From assembly GCA_963701965.1 (NCBI GenBank), contig OY969695.1, positions 3,936,001 to 4,000,000 on the forward strand: a stretch of 64,000 nucleotides of DNA, read 5' to 3'. Source of the stretch: an uncultured Gemmatimonadales bacterium (GTDB lineage Bacteria > Gemmatimonadota > Gemmatimonadetes > Gemmatimonadales > Gemmatimonadaceae). A program made the position numbers and the translations under genes. Under the pieces are notes generated by a model. That model worked only from the letters and a program-made list of their open reading frames with translations. It had not been told where the DNA came from and made no database searches. Position 1 is the first letter of the stretch. Each line of letters opens with the position of its first letter. Below are positions 40,259-53,388 of this stretch, piece by piece.

Positions 40259-41277
40259 GGCTGGTGCGCCGAGTACCCGATCCCGTCCGACCACGCCCCG
40301 GTTGGCATCGTCGCGAGAGTCTTTCGCGCGGCGATGTCGACCGCGGCGACCAGATTTTGCCCCTGCAGGGTCACGAACGCCGTCTTGCCGTCGGGCGAGA
40401 CGATGACGCCCTCGGGACTCGGTGATCCCGGAAATTCCGCGGTCGACACGATACCGGTCGACGGGAACACCACGCTCCCCAGGAGCTTCCGGCTCCGCAC
40501 GTCGTAGAACCGCACCGCGCCGCCGGCGGGGTCCGTCACCACCATCGTCTTGCTGTCGGGCGTGACCGCCAGGCGGTAGGGGAAGCCGAAGCCCGTGATC
40601 GTGTCGGCGACCGTCCCCGTGGCCGTCATGACAACACTCACGATCTTGTTCTTGTCGCTCCCGGTCCAGACTTGATCCCCCGACGGCGTCACAGCTATTC
40701 CCTCGACCGCAGGGGCGACCGTCAGCGTCCGGACGAACGTACGATTGACGAGATCGAGCTCCGAGACAGTCCCATCACCGACGTTGGTCGTGAACGCCCG
40801 CCGTCCATCCCGCGTCACGGCCACCATGTGCGAGCCGCGCTGCTGCGTGGGAATCGCGGTCTCGATGGTGCCTTTCGCGAAATCGAGCACGAGCAATGAC
40901 TGGTTGGCCTCCGAGGTCACCACGAACAGGCTATCGCCCGGCAAGAACGCCGAGCCGTGCGGACGATGGTAGGTGCCGAGGTCGATCGTGCGTGTGACGG
41001 TCGGTTGGGTCGCGCCCAGGTGGATCACCGTCAGCGTGTTGCCCGGCGTGCCGCGCGGACCGTAGTTGGACACGACGGCCCACCGGCCATCATGAGAGAT
41101 CGCGACCTCGTGCGGCGCCTGCCCGGTCGGTAACGTCGCGACCGTGCGCTGGCCGGCCAGGTCGATAACCGTGGCCGTGTTGTCGTTCATGTTCGCCGCC
41201 ACGAGCGTCCCGTGCAACTGACACGCCCCACGACTGGCGAGGCCGAGTGAGAGTGCTACGATGAGAAAGAGGCGCAT
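40255..41277 (-). CDS. Secreted YncE/YVTN beta-propeller protein
   Basis: Signal peptide; repeated PH/EG.A.(S/T)PDG blades. Confidence 0.8.
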   Translation of the reverse strand: MRLFLIVALSLGLASRGACQLHGTLVAANMNDNTATVIDLAGQRTVATLPTGQAPHEVAISHDGRWAVVSNYGPRGTPGNTLTVIHLGATQPTVTRTIDLGTYHRPHGSAFLPGDSLFVVTSEANQSLLVLDFAKGTIETAIPTQQRGSHMVAVTRDGRRAFTTNVGDGTVSELDLVNRTFVRTLTVAPAVEGIAVTPSGDQVWTGSDKNKIVSVVMTATGTVADTITGFGFPYRLAVTPDSKTMVVTDPAGGAVRFYDVRSRKLLGSVVFPSTGIVSTAEFPGSPSPEGVIVSPDGKTAFVTLQGQNLVAAVDIAARKTLATMPTGAWSDGIGYSAHQP

Positions 41278-41300
41278 ACTCGTAGAGTATGCGCCCTTTT
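41267..41300 (-). terminator. Hairpin after gcvP that overlaps the YncE start codon
   Basis: GGCGCATACT-CGTAG-AGTATGCGCC, a perfect 10-bp stem with T-rich runs following on both strands. Confidence 0.5.
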
Positions 41301-41322
41301 CCCGCCAGGAGTCAGAAGTCTG

Positions 41323-44172
<2,850 letters not shown>

Positions 44173-44176
<4 letters not shown>

Positions 44177-45297
44177 AGGGGGGGGGATTTGGTCTTGGCG
44201 GGAGCGGGATGGGACGTGCGATAGAACGGGAGCGCCGTCACCGTGGCCGGCACGCGCCGGCCGCGAATGTCGATCGCGATGGTCGCGCCATTGGGCATGG
44301 CTTTGGGCACATACGTGGTACCGATGCCGAAGCCCAAGGTCGGGCTCATGATCCCACTGCGAACACAATCGATGACCGCGTCTCCCGAGAGCACGCCGTA
44401 CCCGTGGCGCGGGATGGCGCGGTCCACGAGACGAAACCCGGCCAGCCGTCGCGTGACGCCGGCCGCCTTCATGGCCACGAGCGCCTCGCGTCCGACGAAT
44501 CGGGGTTTGTCGAGCTTGGCGACCCACGACAGGTTCGCTTCGATCGGCGCGATCGTCTCGTCGATGTCGTTGCCGTAGAGCGCGAGCCCGGCCTCGAGGC
44601 GCAGGGAATCGCGGGCGCCCAACCCGGCCGGTGTCACATCCGGGTTGGCCACGAGGGCATCCCACACGGCCACGGCACGCCCCGCATCGAAGTACAACTC
44701 GAAACCGTCTTCGCCGGTGTACCCGGTCCTCGAGAGCAGGACCGGCGCGCCCGCGACATCCGCGTGCGTGAAGTGATAGTAGAGGATCTCGTCCAACGGC
44801 GCGGCCGTGAGCGTGCGCAGCACGCGGGCCGCCTCCGGTCCTTGGATCGCCAAGAGCGCGATCGTGTCGGAGACATCCTCGATCGCGCAGTCGAAGCCGC
44901 CCTGGAACCGCGCGATGTGCGCGATGTCTTTGGCCCGGTTGGAGGCATTCACGACGAGCATGATGCTCGACTCGAGACGATAGACAAGGCAATCGTCGAC
45001 GATCGTGCCGTGCTCGGTCAAGATCGTCGAATACTGCACTTGGCCCGGACTCAGCCGGCGCACGTCGTTCGATGTCACGAAGTCAGCGAACGCGACCGCG
45101 TCGGGACCCGTCACCATGAATTCGCCCATGTGGCTCACGTCGAACACGCCACACTGGGACCGAACGGCGAGATGTTCGTGGGTCATGCCCCGTGGGTACG
45201 AGACCGGCATGTCGTACCCCGCGAACGGGACGATTTTCGCGCCAAGCGCGACGTGCCGCTCATGCAGCGGCGTTCTTTTGAGCCCCTCTTCTGACAT
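44173..45297 (-). CDS. gcvT: Glycine cleavage aminomethyltransferase T
   Basis: KRTPL...[33 protein letters not shown]. Confidence 0.95.
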
Positions 45298-45449
45298 GCG
45301 TAAACAAGATGTGGGCCGCACGATCGCGAAACCAGTGTGGATGATCGACCGGACCGATCACTTCCGCAGCCCACCGCCTAAGTCGTTTGTATTTCGAAGT
45401 TTGCGCAAAACCGTCGGCTGGGGATGGAAATTTGCGTTGGGCGAAATTG

Positions 45450-46706
45450 ATGGATTCGCTCCTCTCCCTCAGCGCGCTTGGCCAAAAGCTCCTGACGACC
45501 GAGGACGAGCGCACGCTGGCGCGTGCCGTCGCCCACGCGGGCGTCGTGCTCCTGGCGGACGTGTGCCTGGTCGATGTAACGGACGCCGATGGGATGGTGC
45601 GTTGCGTCGCCACCGGCCACACCGATCCCGCCCGCGCCGAGATCCTTAAGTGTCTGGCGGAGCGATCCCGGGACCGCGGTCGCGTTTCGCCGCACCTCCT
45701 CGACATCACGCAACCCATCGTGCACGAGGTCGCCTCGGAAGTCCTCCTCAGCACGCTGGCATGCAACGACCGCGAGCTCGCCGCGCTCCTGGGCGAAGGT
45801 GGTGTCTCGTGCATCGTGACGCCGCTCCTGGCTGGTCACGGCCGGCGCGTGGGCGTGCTGACGTTGCTCGCCGGCGCCCAGCGGGGCCCATTCCAGGACC
45901 GGGATGTCGTCGTCGCCAAGGACATCGCGTGGCGCGCCGCGATCACGATCGACGCGCTCCGCATGGCGGCCGAGACGCGCAAAGCCGCGCGACGGGCCGA
46001 CGAGGCGAATCAGGCCAAGACGGACTTCCTGGCCACGATTTCCCATGAGCTACGCACGCCGCTCAACGCCGTCCTGGGATACACGGATCTCCTCTTGGGC
46101 GGCGTCCCGGCGCGTCTCTCGCCCGCGGCGCGGGCGCACGTCGAGCGCATCCACGTCGCCGCCCGCCAGCTCACCCAACTGATCGAGGAGGTGCTCTCGT
46201 TCACGCGCCTCGATGGGGAACGCGAGCGCGTGCACCTCGCGCTGGTGGAGCCGGCGACATTGCTGCGCGAGGTCGAGACCATTTTGCGACCCGTCGCCCA
46301 CGCCAAGGGCCTCGAGCTGGCGACGGCGCTCGACGCGGGCGCGCCGGCGTTCGTGACGGACGCATCCAAGGTCCGCCAGATGGTCGTCAACCTCGTGACC
46401 AACGCGGTCAAGTTCACCGACCGGGGCCGCGTGACCATCACGCTCCGCGCCGACGGCCAATCGGTCGGCATCGACGTGGCCGATACGGGCGTAGGCATCG
46501 AGGCAGCGTACCTCGAGGACATCTTCGATCCATTCTGGAAGATCCACTACCGCCCGACCGTGGAGGGCGGTACCGGCCTTGGCCTCACGGTGACCCGCCA
46601 ACTCGCCCGGTTGCTGGGCGGGGACGTCTCGGTGACCAGCATGCCCGGTCTGGGGAGCACGTTCACGATTCGCCTCCCCATGAGAAGTTTACCCGCGCGG
46701 CGCTAA
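45450..46706 (+). CDS. Cytoplasmic sensor histidine kinase (GAF-like input)
   Basis: SHELRTPLN H-box, NLVTNAVKFT, DTGVGI, GTGLGL; no cognate regulator adjacent. Confidence 0.88.
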   Translation: MDSLLSLSALGQKLLTTEDERTLARAVAHAGVVLLADVCLVDVTDADGMVRCVATGHTDPARAEILKCLAERSRDRGRVSPHLLDITQPIVHEVASEVLLSTLACNDRELAALLGEGGVSCIVTPLLAGHGRRVGVLTLLAGAQRGPFQDRDVVVAKDIAWRAAITIDALRMAAETRKAARRADEANQAKTDFLATISHELRTPLNAVLGYTDLLLGGVPARLSPAARAHVERIHVAARQLTQLIEEVLSFTRLDGERERVHLALVEPATLLREVETILRPVAHAKGLELATALDAGAPAFVTDASKVRQMVVNLVTNAVKFTDRGRVTITLRADGQSVGIDVADTGVGIEAAYLEDIFDPFWKIHYRPTVEGGTGLGLTVTRQLARLLGGDVSVTSMPGLGSTFTIRLPMRSLPARR

Positions 46707-47086
46707 GAGCGCCGGCGCCACTCGTCCATCCGCCGTCGATCCTTTTTCGTTGGCCGGCCCTCGCGCTCGTACGCCGGCGTCGGCGACGCACGGAGCTGCG
46801 CGGCGAGCTGCGCGCGCGCTCTAGCGCTTTCCGCGGTTTCCTCGTACAGGGCCGCCGCCTCGGCCGCCGGGCCGCGTCGCTCGGATAACCCGCGGACCAG
46901 GATGACAGTCTCAAAGGGTGGCTGCCTGACGCGCACGTGGTCGCCGAGGGTCAGCGCTTTCGCGCGTTTGGCGCGCTCGCCGTTGACCTCGACGCGCCCA
47001 CTGTCGATCGCCTGGACCGCCAACGTACGGGTCTTATAGAACCGGGCGGCCCATAACCACTTGTCAAGCCTTACTTTATCGTGCAT
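46703..47086 (-). CDS. hslR: Ribosome-associated heat shock protein Hsp15 (S4 domain)
   Basis: VRLDKWLWAARFYKTR, LYEET, GRPTKKDRR. Confidence 0.92.
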   Translation of the reverse strand: MHDKVRLDKWLWAARFYKTRTLAVQAIDSGRVEVNGERAKRAKALTLGDHVRVRQPPFETVILVRGLSERRGPAAEAAALYEETAESARARAQLAAQLRASPTPAYEREGRPTKKDRRRMDEWRRRS

Positions 47087-47101
47087 GGTATATTTACCGC
47101 G

Positions 47102-48388
47102 ATGACTGCCACCGCTTCACTGCCGTCCATAGAACACGCGCTGTTCCCGTCGGCCAATCAGACGGCCGCGTTTCGCCTCAATCTCGGTCGGAGTGAGCTG
47201 CCGCGCCAACGATTGCGGCCCGACGCGGAGATCGGCGTCCTCGACATTACCAAGTGGTTTGGTGATACGTCGGGCGGCGTCCGCACGTACCTGCTCCAGA
47301 AAGCCCGGTACGTCGAAGCCCGCCCCGATCTGCGCCAGGTGCTCGTGATCCCCGGGGCGCGCGACTCGATTACGAACGGGACCGGGGTTCGCTGCTACCG
47401 CCTACGCGGGCCGCGCGTACCGACGCAGCGTCCGTATCGGTTCATGCTGGCGACGCGGTCCATCCGCCGCATCATCCATCATGAGCAGCCGTCGATCATC
47501 GAAGTCGGGAGTTGCTTCCTCGTGCCGTGGATCACGGCCCGGGCGGCCAAGCGGGCCGATGTGCCGATGGTGTTCTTCTACCACAGCAATCTGCCGCGCA
47601 GTGTCTGCGCGTTCCCGGAGAGCGCCTCCAGCTCCAAGCGCTACGCCCACGAGCTGGCGTGGAAGTATGTCCGCAAATTGGGTGGCCTGTTCGATCTGAC
47701 GATCTGCGCGTCGCGCTTCGCGGCGGCGGATCTCCAGAGCAACGGCGTCGAACGCATCGAGCGCGTGCCCCTCGGCGTCGACCTCGATCACTTCACGCCG
47801 TTCCGGCGCTATCAGGCCCAGGAGACGCGCGAAGCGCTGGGACTGCCCACGGACGCGCCCGTCGTGGCGTTCATCGGCCGCTTTGCCCGGGAAAAGGAAG
47901 TGGACGTTCTGGTGAAGGCCTGGCCGGAGATCGCACGCCGCACGGATGCGTACTTGGTCCTCGTGGGGGACGGACCCCAGCGCGAGTACCTGCAGGGGCT
48001 GGCCGAGGGCCACAAGCGCGTGCTCTGGATGCCGTACGAGAACGATCGGGAGCAGCTGGCGAACCTGCTCGCGGCCGTCGACCTGTTCGTCGCGCCCGGC
48101 TCGATCGAGACATTCGGTCTCTCGGCGCTCGAAGCGCTGGCCTCGGGGACGCCGGTGCTGTCGGCGAACCGCGGTGGCGTGTTCGAGCAGGTGGAGGGCT
48201 CGGGCGCCGGCGCCACGTTCGCAGCCGGCGACCCGGCGGCGCTGAGCGAGGCGGCGATCGAGTTGCTGCGCGCCGATCTGGCCACGGTGGGGATGCGCGG
48301 CCGGGTGTACGCCGAGCGCGAACATTCGTGGAACAGCGTCTTCGACCGCATCTTCGAGATCTACCGCGGGGTCTTGGCCACCGGTTAG
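47102..48388 (+). CDS. Glycosyltransferase family 4 (GT-B)
   Basis: SGGVRTY, GVDLDHF, GRFAREK, ETFGLSALEALASG. Confidence 0.87.
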   Translation: MTATASLPSIEHALFPSANQTAAFRLNLGRSELPRQRLRPDAEIGVLDITKWFGDTSGGVRTYLLQKARYVEARPDLRQVLVIPGARDSITNGTGVRCYRLRGPRVPTQRPYRFMLATRSIRRIIHHEQPSIIEVGSCFLVPWITARAAKRADVPMVFFYHSNLPRSVCAFPESASSSKRYAHELAWKYVRKLGGLFDLTICASRFAAADLQSNGVERIERVPLGVDLDHFTPFRRYQAQETREALGLPTDAPVVAFIGRFAREKEVDVLVKAWPEIARRTDAYLVLVGDGPQREYLQGLAEGHKRVLWMPYENDREQLANLLAAVDLFVAPGSIETFGLSALEALASGTPVLSANRGGVFEQVEGSGAGATFAAGDPAALSEAAIELLRADLATVGMRGRVYAEREHSWNSVFDRIFEIYRGVLATG

Positions 48389-48398
48389 CGGATCACCG

Positions 48399-49115
48399 GT
48401 GGCTCTTCTCGTCAGCATTCACGATGTGACGCCGGCCTTGGCCTCACGCGTCGAGACGTTGTGGGCACTCTGCCGGACCCGCGGCGTCACGCCTGCGCTA
48501 CTCGTTGTACCGAATTGGCACGGGGACTGGCCTCTCGAGCGGCATACCGACTTCATGCAGTGGGTACGGGCGTGCGCCGATGCGGGTGCCGAGATATTCC
48601 TGCACGGTGAGCGGCATGACGAGGTCGGCTCCCCACGGGGGTGGCATGATCAGTGGCGCGCATTCGGGAAGACGGCTCGGGAGGGAGAGTTCCTGACCCT
48701 CGACGCCCCGGCGGCCCGGGAACGGGTCGATCGCGGGCTGGCGCTCTTTCAACGACTGGGGTTAGACCCGGTCGGGTTCGTCCCCCCCGCTTGGCTCGCG
48801 CGCGACACCTGCGCCGGCGTCGTCGGCGCTGCTGGCCTGTGCTATTTCGAAGACGACTCGTCGGTCACACTCCTGCGCAACAACCGACGCTTGACCTCAC
48901 CGGTGGTCCGCTGGAGCGGACGTACGCCTCTCCGGGCCGCGGGATCGGTGCTCGTCGCGCAAGCGCGCTGGCGCGCGCAGCGCGCCGCGCCGATCATGCG
49001 CATCGCCCTTCATCCGGGCGATCTCGACCACCCAGCGACCGCGCGATCGGTCGAGACCGAGCTCGATCGCTGGCTGGCGGTACGCCCAGCCACGCGCTAC
49101 GGCGACCTGACCTGA
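48399..49115 (+). CDS. DUF2334 / polysaccharide deacetylase family protein
   Basis: VSIHDVTP, LHG..H, EGEF, GFVPPAW, RIALHP.D. Confidence 0.82.
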   Translation: MALLVSIHDVTPALASRVETLWALCRTRGVTPALLVVPNWHGDWPLERHTDFMQWVRACADAGAEIFLHGERHDEVGSPRGWHDQWRAFGKTAREGEFLTLDAPAARERVDRGLALFQRLGLDPVGFVPPAWLARDTCAGVVGAAGLCYFEDDSSVTLLRNNRRLTSPVVRWSGRTPLRAAGSVLVAQARWRAQRAAPIMRIALHPGDLDHPATARSVETELDRWLAVRPATRYGDLT

Positions 49116-49121
49116 CGCACC

Positions 49122-50024
49122 GTGGTGCTGAGCACGCCCGTCGCGCATCTCCTCTGCCTCGGTCTCATCGCGGTCGACAACCTCACGCGCGCGTGGCGTA
49201 TCCAGGTGCTGGCGCGTGGTCTCCACACGCGGGTCCGATTTCTCGATGCGTTCACGCTCAACGCGGCCAGCGACGCTACCGCGGCGCTGACCCCGCTCCG
49301 CGCGGGCGGCGAGCCGGTACGATTCGCCGGCATGGTGAACGCCGGACTCAACGTGTCGGACACGATCGCGTTGATCAGCGTCGAGGGGATCATCGAGTGG
49401 TTGGTCGTGATCGTCGTGGGCGCATTCCTGGGATGGCGATTCGGCGGCGAATGGTGGCGCACCCAACAGCGCAGCGTAGGACCGCATTTGCGTCACGTTT
49501 TGTCCTGGATCCTGTTGATCATCGTGGGCGGCCTCGTCGCCTGGCTCCTCTTTCGGCGATTCCTGCCCCGCGTGTCCGTGCACGTCGGCGGCACGCTGCG
49601 GGACTCGTTGCGGTTGGCGCGCCGCATGCGCCCATGGGCCGTCGCCACGACGGTGCCGCTCACCGCGATCCATATCGTGGCCCGCATCCTCGTCCTGCCG
49701 GTCGTGGTGGGGACCCTCACCAGTCCACCGGCATTCGGCGCCGTCCTGATCGGCTCGTTCGCGCTCCTCTACGGCCAGAACTTCGTCCCGACGCCCTCGG
49801 GCGCCGGCGCGGTCGACTTGGGCTTCATCAATGGCGTGGCGGGCGACGTCGGACCCGAAGCCAGCTCCTTGTTGCTCATGTGGCGCTTTTATACGACGCT
49901 GCTCGGCATCATCTTGGGAATAGTCTTTGGCGTGCCACTCTACGCCGCCAAGGTACGCCGTTTTCTCCTACGGCGGCGCGATGCGCGCCGCACCGTTTTG
50001 CGTGACGACGACGCTCCAGGCTGA
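49122..50024 (+). CDS. Lysylphosphatidylglycerol synthase TM-domain (flippase-like) protein
   Basis: RAWR, TP.RAGGEP, PTPSGAGA, WRFYT; multiple TM helices. Confidence 0.75.
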   Translation: MVLSTPVAHLLCLGLIAVDNLTRAWRIQVLARGLHTRVRFLDAFTLNAASDATAALTPLRAGGEPVRFAGMVNAGLNVSDTIALISVEGIIEWLVVIVVGAFLGWRFGGEWWRTQQRSVGPHLRHVLSWILLIIVGGLVAWLLFRRFLPRVSVHVGGTLRDSLRLARRMRPWAVATTVPLTAIHIVARILVLPVVVGTLTSPPAFGAVLIGSFALLYGQNFVPTPSGAGAVDLGFINGVAGDVGPEASSLLLMWRFYTTLLGIILGIVFGVPLYAAKVRRFLLRRRDARRTVLRDDDAPG

Positions 50025-51240
50025 CACCACCGCGACCGGCGCCGCGCCGGCGACCGCCCGGCCCCTGAGGCTGGCGCTCTTCACCGACACGTATCCGCCG
50101 CAGTTGAACGGCGTGTCGCGGACGCTGGAGCGTCTGGTGCGCGCCGTTGCCGACCGCGGCGGCGAAGCCCGCGTCTACACGACGACCGATCCCGAGGCCA
50201 CGCAGGTCGATCCGGCGATCTGGCGGCGGCCGAGTATTCCGTTCTGGGCCTACCCGCAGCTGCGGTTGGCGCCGCCGGTGGGCGGGCGCATCTACAATGA
50301 TCTCATGGCCTGGCGCCCCACGCTGCTCCACGCGGCGACGCCGTTCGGCATGGGTCTCACGGGACGGGCGTGCGCGCTGCGGTTGGGGATTCCGCTGGTG
50401 ACGTCGTACCACACGTCGTTCAGCGAATACGCGAAGTTCTATCGTCTCGGGCTCCTGAGCGGCCTGGGCTGGACGTTCTTCCGTTGGTTCCACAATACGG
50501 GGCAGCGGACGTACGTGCCGACGCGCGCCATCGCCGACGAGCTCCGGCCGTTCGGGTTCGAGCGCCTGGCCGTGTGGGGACGGGGCATCGAGACGGGCCG
50601 GTTCAATCCGCGGTTTCGGTCGACCGCCACGCGGGCGGAGCTCGGCGCGACGGACGACACGATCGTCGTGGCCTATGTCGGGCGCCTGGCCGCCGAAAAG
50701 GGCCTCGACGTCGCGCTCGACGCGATGCATCGCTTGCGGGGCGAGGACGTGATCTTCGCGCTGGCCGGCAATGGCCCCTACGCCGGGGCCTGCCGGCGCA
50801 AGGCACCGGCCGGCACGCGCTTCACCGGGCGCATCGTCGGCGAGGCGTTGAGCGCGTTCTACGCGTCGGCGGATCTCTTCATCTTTCCATCGACGACGGA
50901 CACGTTCGGCAACGTGTTGCTCGAAGCCATGGCCTCCGGTCTTCCCGTGATCGCCGCCGACGTCGGACCGACGCGCGAGCTCATGGCGCGGGGCGGGGGA
51001 GTGTTGATCCCGGGTGGCAATGGCGCCGCGCTGGCCTCGGCCATTCAGGCGCTCGCCGCGGACCCCGCGCGCCGGCGCCGGCTCGCCGCCGAAGGCATCG
51101 CCGCGGCCAGCCTATGCTCATGGGAGCACATCTTCGACGCGCTCGTCGCCGACTACCGGCGCGTGCTGGCCGAGCCCGTGATGCCGCCACCGCGGCGCGC
51201 GATCACGCGGACGACGACCCGTCCGCTGTCTCCACGCTGA
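50002..51240 (+). CDS. Glycosyltransferase family 4 (glycolipid synthase-like)
   Basis: FTDTYPPQLNGVSRT, SYHT.F..Y, VGRLAAEK, DTFGNVLLEAMASG. Confidence 0.88.
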   Translation: MTTTLQADTTATGAAPATARPLRLALFTDTYPPQLNGVSRTLERLVRAVADRGGEARVYTTTDPEATQVDPAIWRRPSIPFWAYPQLRLAPPVGGRIYNDLMAWRPTLLHAATPFGMGLTGRACALRLGIPLVTSYHTSFSEYAKFYRLGLLSGLGWTFFRWFHNTGQRTYVPTRAIADELRPFGFERLAVWGRGIETGRFNPRFRSTATRAELGATDDTIVVAYVGRLAAEKGLDVALDAMHRLRGEDVIFALAGNGPYAGACRRKAPAGTRFTGRIVGEALSAFYASADLFIFPSTTDTFGNVLLEAMASGLPVIAADVGPTRELMARGGGVLIPGGNGAALASAIQALAADPARRRRLAAEGIAAASLCSWEHIFDALVADYRRVLAEPVMPPPRRAITRTTTRPLSPR

Positions 51241-51409
51241 CGTCGGCTCGCCCGCTCGGCCGGTAACGGACGTGCAGGCGCCACGGCTGGCAGCAGACCT
51301 GGCAGTCCTCTTCGTACACCTGAAGTCGCGCGCCGCCCGGGTCGAGCCCAATGTGGTTTGGCTCCCCGCAATACGGGCACACAATCATGGCCTCGTCATC
51401 GCGCGTCAT
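51203..51409 (-). CDS. CPXCG-motif cysteine-rich small protein
   Basis: CPYCGE...D......Y.EDCQVCCQPW. Confidence 0.8.
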   Translation of the reverse strand: MTRDDEAMIVCPYCGEPNHIGLDPGGARLQVYEEDCQVCCQPWRLHVRYRPSGRADVSVETADGSSSA

Positions 51410-51470
51410 GCTCGAACTTAACGCCAGGACGACGGCGGCGTCTCACGAGCGAAACTCTTTTGGAGGAAAA

Positions 51471-51968
51471 ATGTTTCGTTCGCCTTTCGTGGCTGGCATG
51501 CTCGTGCTGGCCGGTAGTTTCGCTGCGCTCCCGGTGGCGATGCGCGCGCAGGAAGCCAACCCGCTGACGTATACCAGCTCGGCGTCCACGCGCCACCCGC
51601 GGCATCACCGCGCGGCCCGCGCGCTCTTTCGCGGCGTGCACCTGACCGACGCCCAGCGCGCCTCGTTCCGTACCGTGCACGCCAAGTATTCGGCGCCAAT
51701 GCGTAGCGCGCGGCAAAACGGTGATCAGCAGACGCTGCGCACGCTGCGCAAGCAGCAGATCGACGAAATGCGCGGCATGCTGACGCCGGAGCAGCAGACG
51801 AGGTTCGACGCCAACCGCGCGGCGCTACGCGCCCGCGCGCAAAAGCATCACGCGAAGCAATCCGGCACGCAGCCAAGCGCGCAGCCGGACGGGCAACCGA
51901 GTGCGCAGCTCAACGCGCCGCCGGGTTCGCCGCCCAGTACGCAGCCGAACGCGCAGTCGAATTCCTGA
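51471..51968 (+). CDS. Spy/CpxP (LTXXQ) periplasmic chaperone-like protein
   Basis: GGAGG RBS, signal peptide, LTDAQ and LTPEQ motifs; QP-rich tail. Confidence 0.8.
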   Translation: MFRSPFVAGMLVLAGSFAALPVAMRAQEANPLTYTSSASTRHPRHHRAARALFRGVHLTDAQRASFRTVHAKYSAPMRSARQNGDQQTLRTLRKQQIDEMRGMLTPEQQTRFDANRAALRARAQKHHAKQSGTQPSAQPDGQPSAQLNAPPGSPPSTQPNAQSNS

Positions 51969-51982
51969 ACGATCCCTGCGCG

Positions 51983-52408
51983 CTAGTCGTCTCGCCGCCG
52001 CCGCTCCGCTTTGATCCGGGAGCGGCGGCGTTTGTCTTCGAGTCGCGCCGCAACCGAGGACGCGGTGGGTCGGGTGGCGCGCCGCGACTTGCGCACGGCC
52101 AGGGCCTGGCGGACGAGTGTGGCCAGCCGCTCCTCGGCGGCCTCGCGATTCCGGCGCTGGCTCCGCGAGTCGGCGGCGACGACGCGGACGTCGCCGCTCG
52201 AATCCACCCGCCCGCCGAGGCGGTCGCGCACCCGCTGGCGCTGCTGGTCATCGAGCGCCGTCGTCCGCAGCACGTTCCACACGATCTCGATCCGCGTCGA
52301 CGACGTGTTGACGTGTTGCCCCCCGGGGCCACCCGCGCGCGTCGCCCGCACGGTGAGCTCGGCGCGCCGGATCCGCACCGCGTCGGTGACCACGACGTCG
52401 TCGCTCAC
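51983..52408 (-). CDS. arfB: Alternative ribosome rescue peptidyl-tRNA hydrolase ArfB
   Basis: GGPGGQHVN, RSQ.RN, basic tail TRPT..S...RL..K. Confidence 0.9.
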   Translation of the reverse strand: MSDDVVVTDAVRIRRAELTVRATRAGGPGGQHVNTSSTRIEIVWNVLRTTALDDQQRQRVRDRLGGRVDSSGDVRVVAADSRSQRRNREAAEERLATLVRQALAVRKSRRATRPTASSVAARLEDKRRRSRIKAERRRRDD

Positions 52409-53277
52409 GACACGCGGGTCGCGCGCAGCACGCGAAGCGCGGCCACGCGCCGCCCGTCGATGGCAATGACCTCCAGTTCGCCATCGGGAAACGGCACGCG
52501 GTCCCCGATCTTCGGCAACCGACCGAGTTTGGCGAACGCATAGCCGCCGATCGTGGTCCATTCCCCGTCGGGGATGTCGAGATGGTGCTCCGAGCGCACG
52601 TCGATGAGCGACAGGAGTCCGGCCAGCTCCAGCACGCCCTCGAACTCGAATGAACGCCGCGTCGCCGGCTCGTCCTCATCGGCGATATCGCCGATGACCT
52701 GCTCGACGAGGTCTTCCATGGTGACGATGCCGGCGGTGCCGCCGTACTCGTCGAGCACGATGGCCATGTGGGCACGGCGCCGGCGCAAGTCGGTGAGCAC
52801 CCGCTCGGCGGGCACGGAGGCCGGCACATAGATCGCCTCGCGCAGCATGTCGCCGAGCACGAAAGGCGCCCCATCGTCCAGGGCCCAGAGATCTTTGGCC
52901 AGAAAGATCCCGACGACGTCGTCGAGCGACTCCCGGTAGACCGGATATCGGGAATACCGCTCGGTGCGGAGCACCGTCCGCACATCTTCGGCTGTCGCCT
53001 CGACCGGGACCGCGACGATCTCGGTCCGTGGCCGCATGACGTCGTGCGCCCGTTTGTGCTGAAAGTCGAGCACACCGCCGAGCATGCGCGAGTTGCCGGT
53101 CCGGGCCACGACGCGCCGCACTTCATCCGGCGACATGCCGCGCACCCACATGGCGGCCATGCGGCGACTGAGGCGCTGAGCCATATCCCGTGCCGCCGTC
53201 GCAATGGTGGCGACGACGGACCACACGACGTCGAGGAACGCGGCCCACGCCCGTCCCCGCCGAGCGGTTTCATTCAC
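52405..53277 (-). CDS. CBS-pair / CorC-HlyC domain protein (hemolysin family, lacking the DUF21 TM domain); start uncertain
   Basis: [43 protein letters not shown]. Confidence 0.85.
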   Translation of the reverse strand: MNETARRGRAWAAFLDVVWSVVATIATAARDMAQRLSRRMAAMWVRGMSPDEVRRVVARTGNSRMLGGVLDFQHKRAHDVMRPRTEIVAVPVEATAEDVRTVLRTERYSRYPVYRESLDDVVGIFLAKDLWALDDGAPFVLGDMLREAIYVPASVPAERVLTDLRRRRAHMAIVLDEYGGTAGIVTMEDLVEQVIGDIADEDEPATRRSFEFEGVLELAGLLSLIDVRSEHHLDIPDGEWTTIGGYAFAKLGRLPKIGDRVPFPDGELEVIAIDGRRVAALRVLRATRVS

Positions 53278-53388
53278 GCGGAAACCCTGTGCCGACAAGC
53301 TCGTCTCATGATACAGCCCCTCACCCCACCGCGCACCCCGCCTGTCGTGACGTCGATCAGCCCTCCCCGGGCCAAGTTGCAGCTGGCC

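Noticed and set aside
45298..45449. Glycine riboswitch or gcvH upstream of gcvT
   Set aside because: No GGAGA...CCGAAG...CTCTCAGG aptamer pattern and no lipoyl-domain ORF; gcvH is presumably elsewhere
51865..51965. 12-bp-period repeat at the end of the Spy-like gene
   Set aside because: Encodes a degenerate QPxx low-complexity tail; not a separate element
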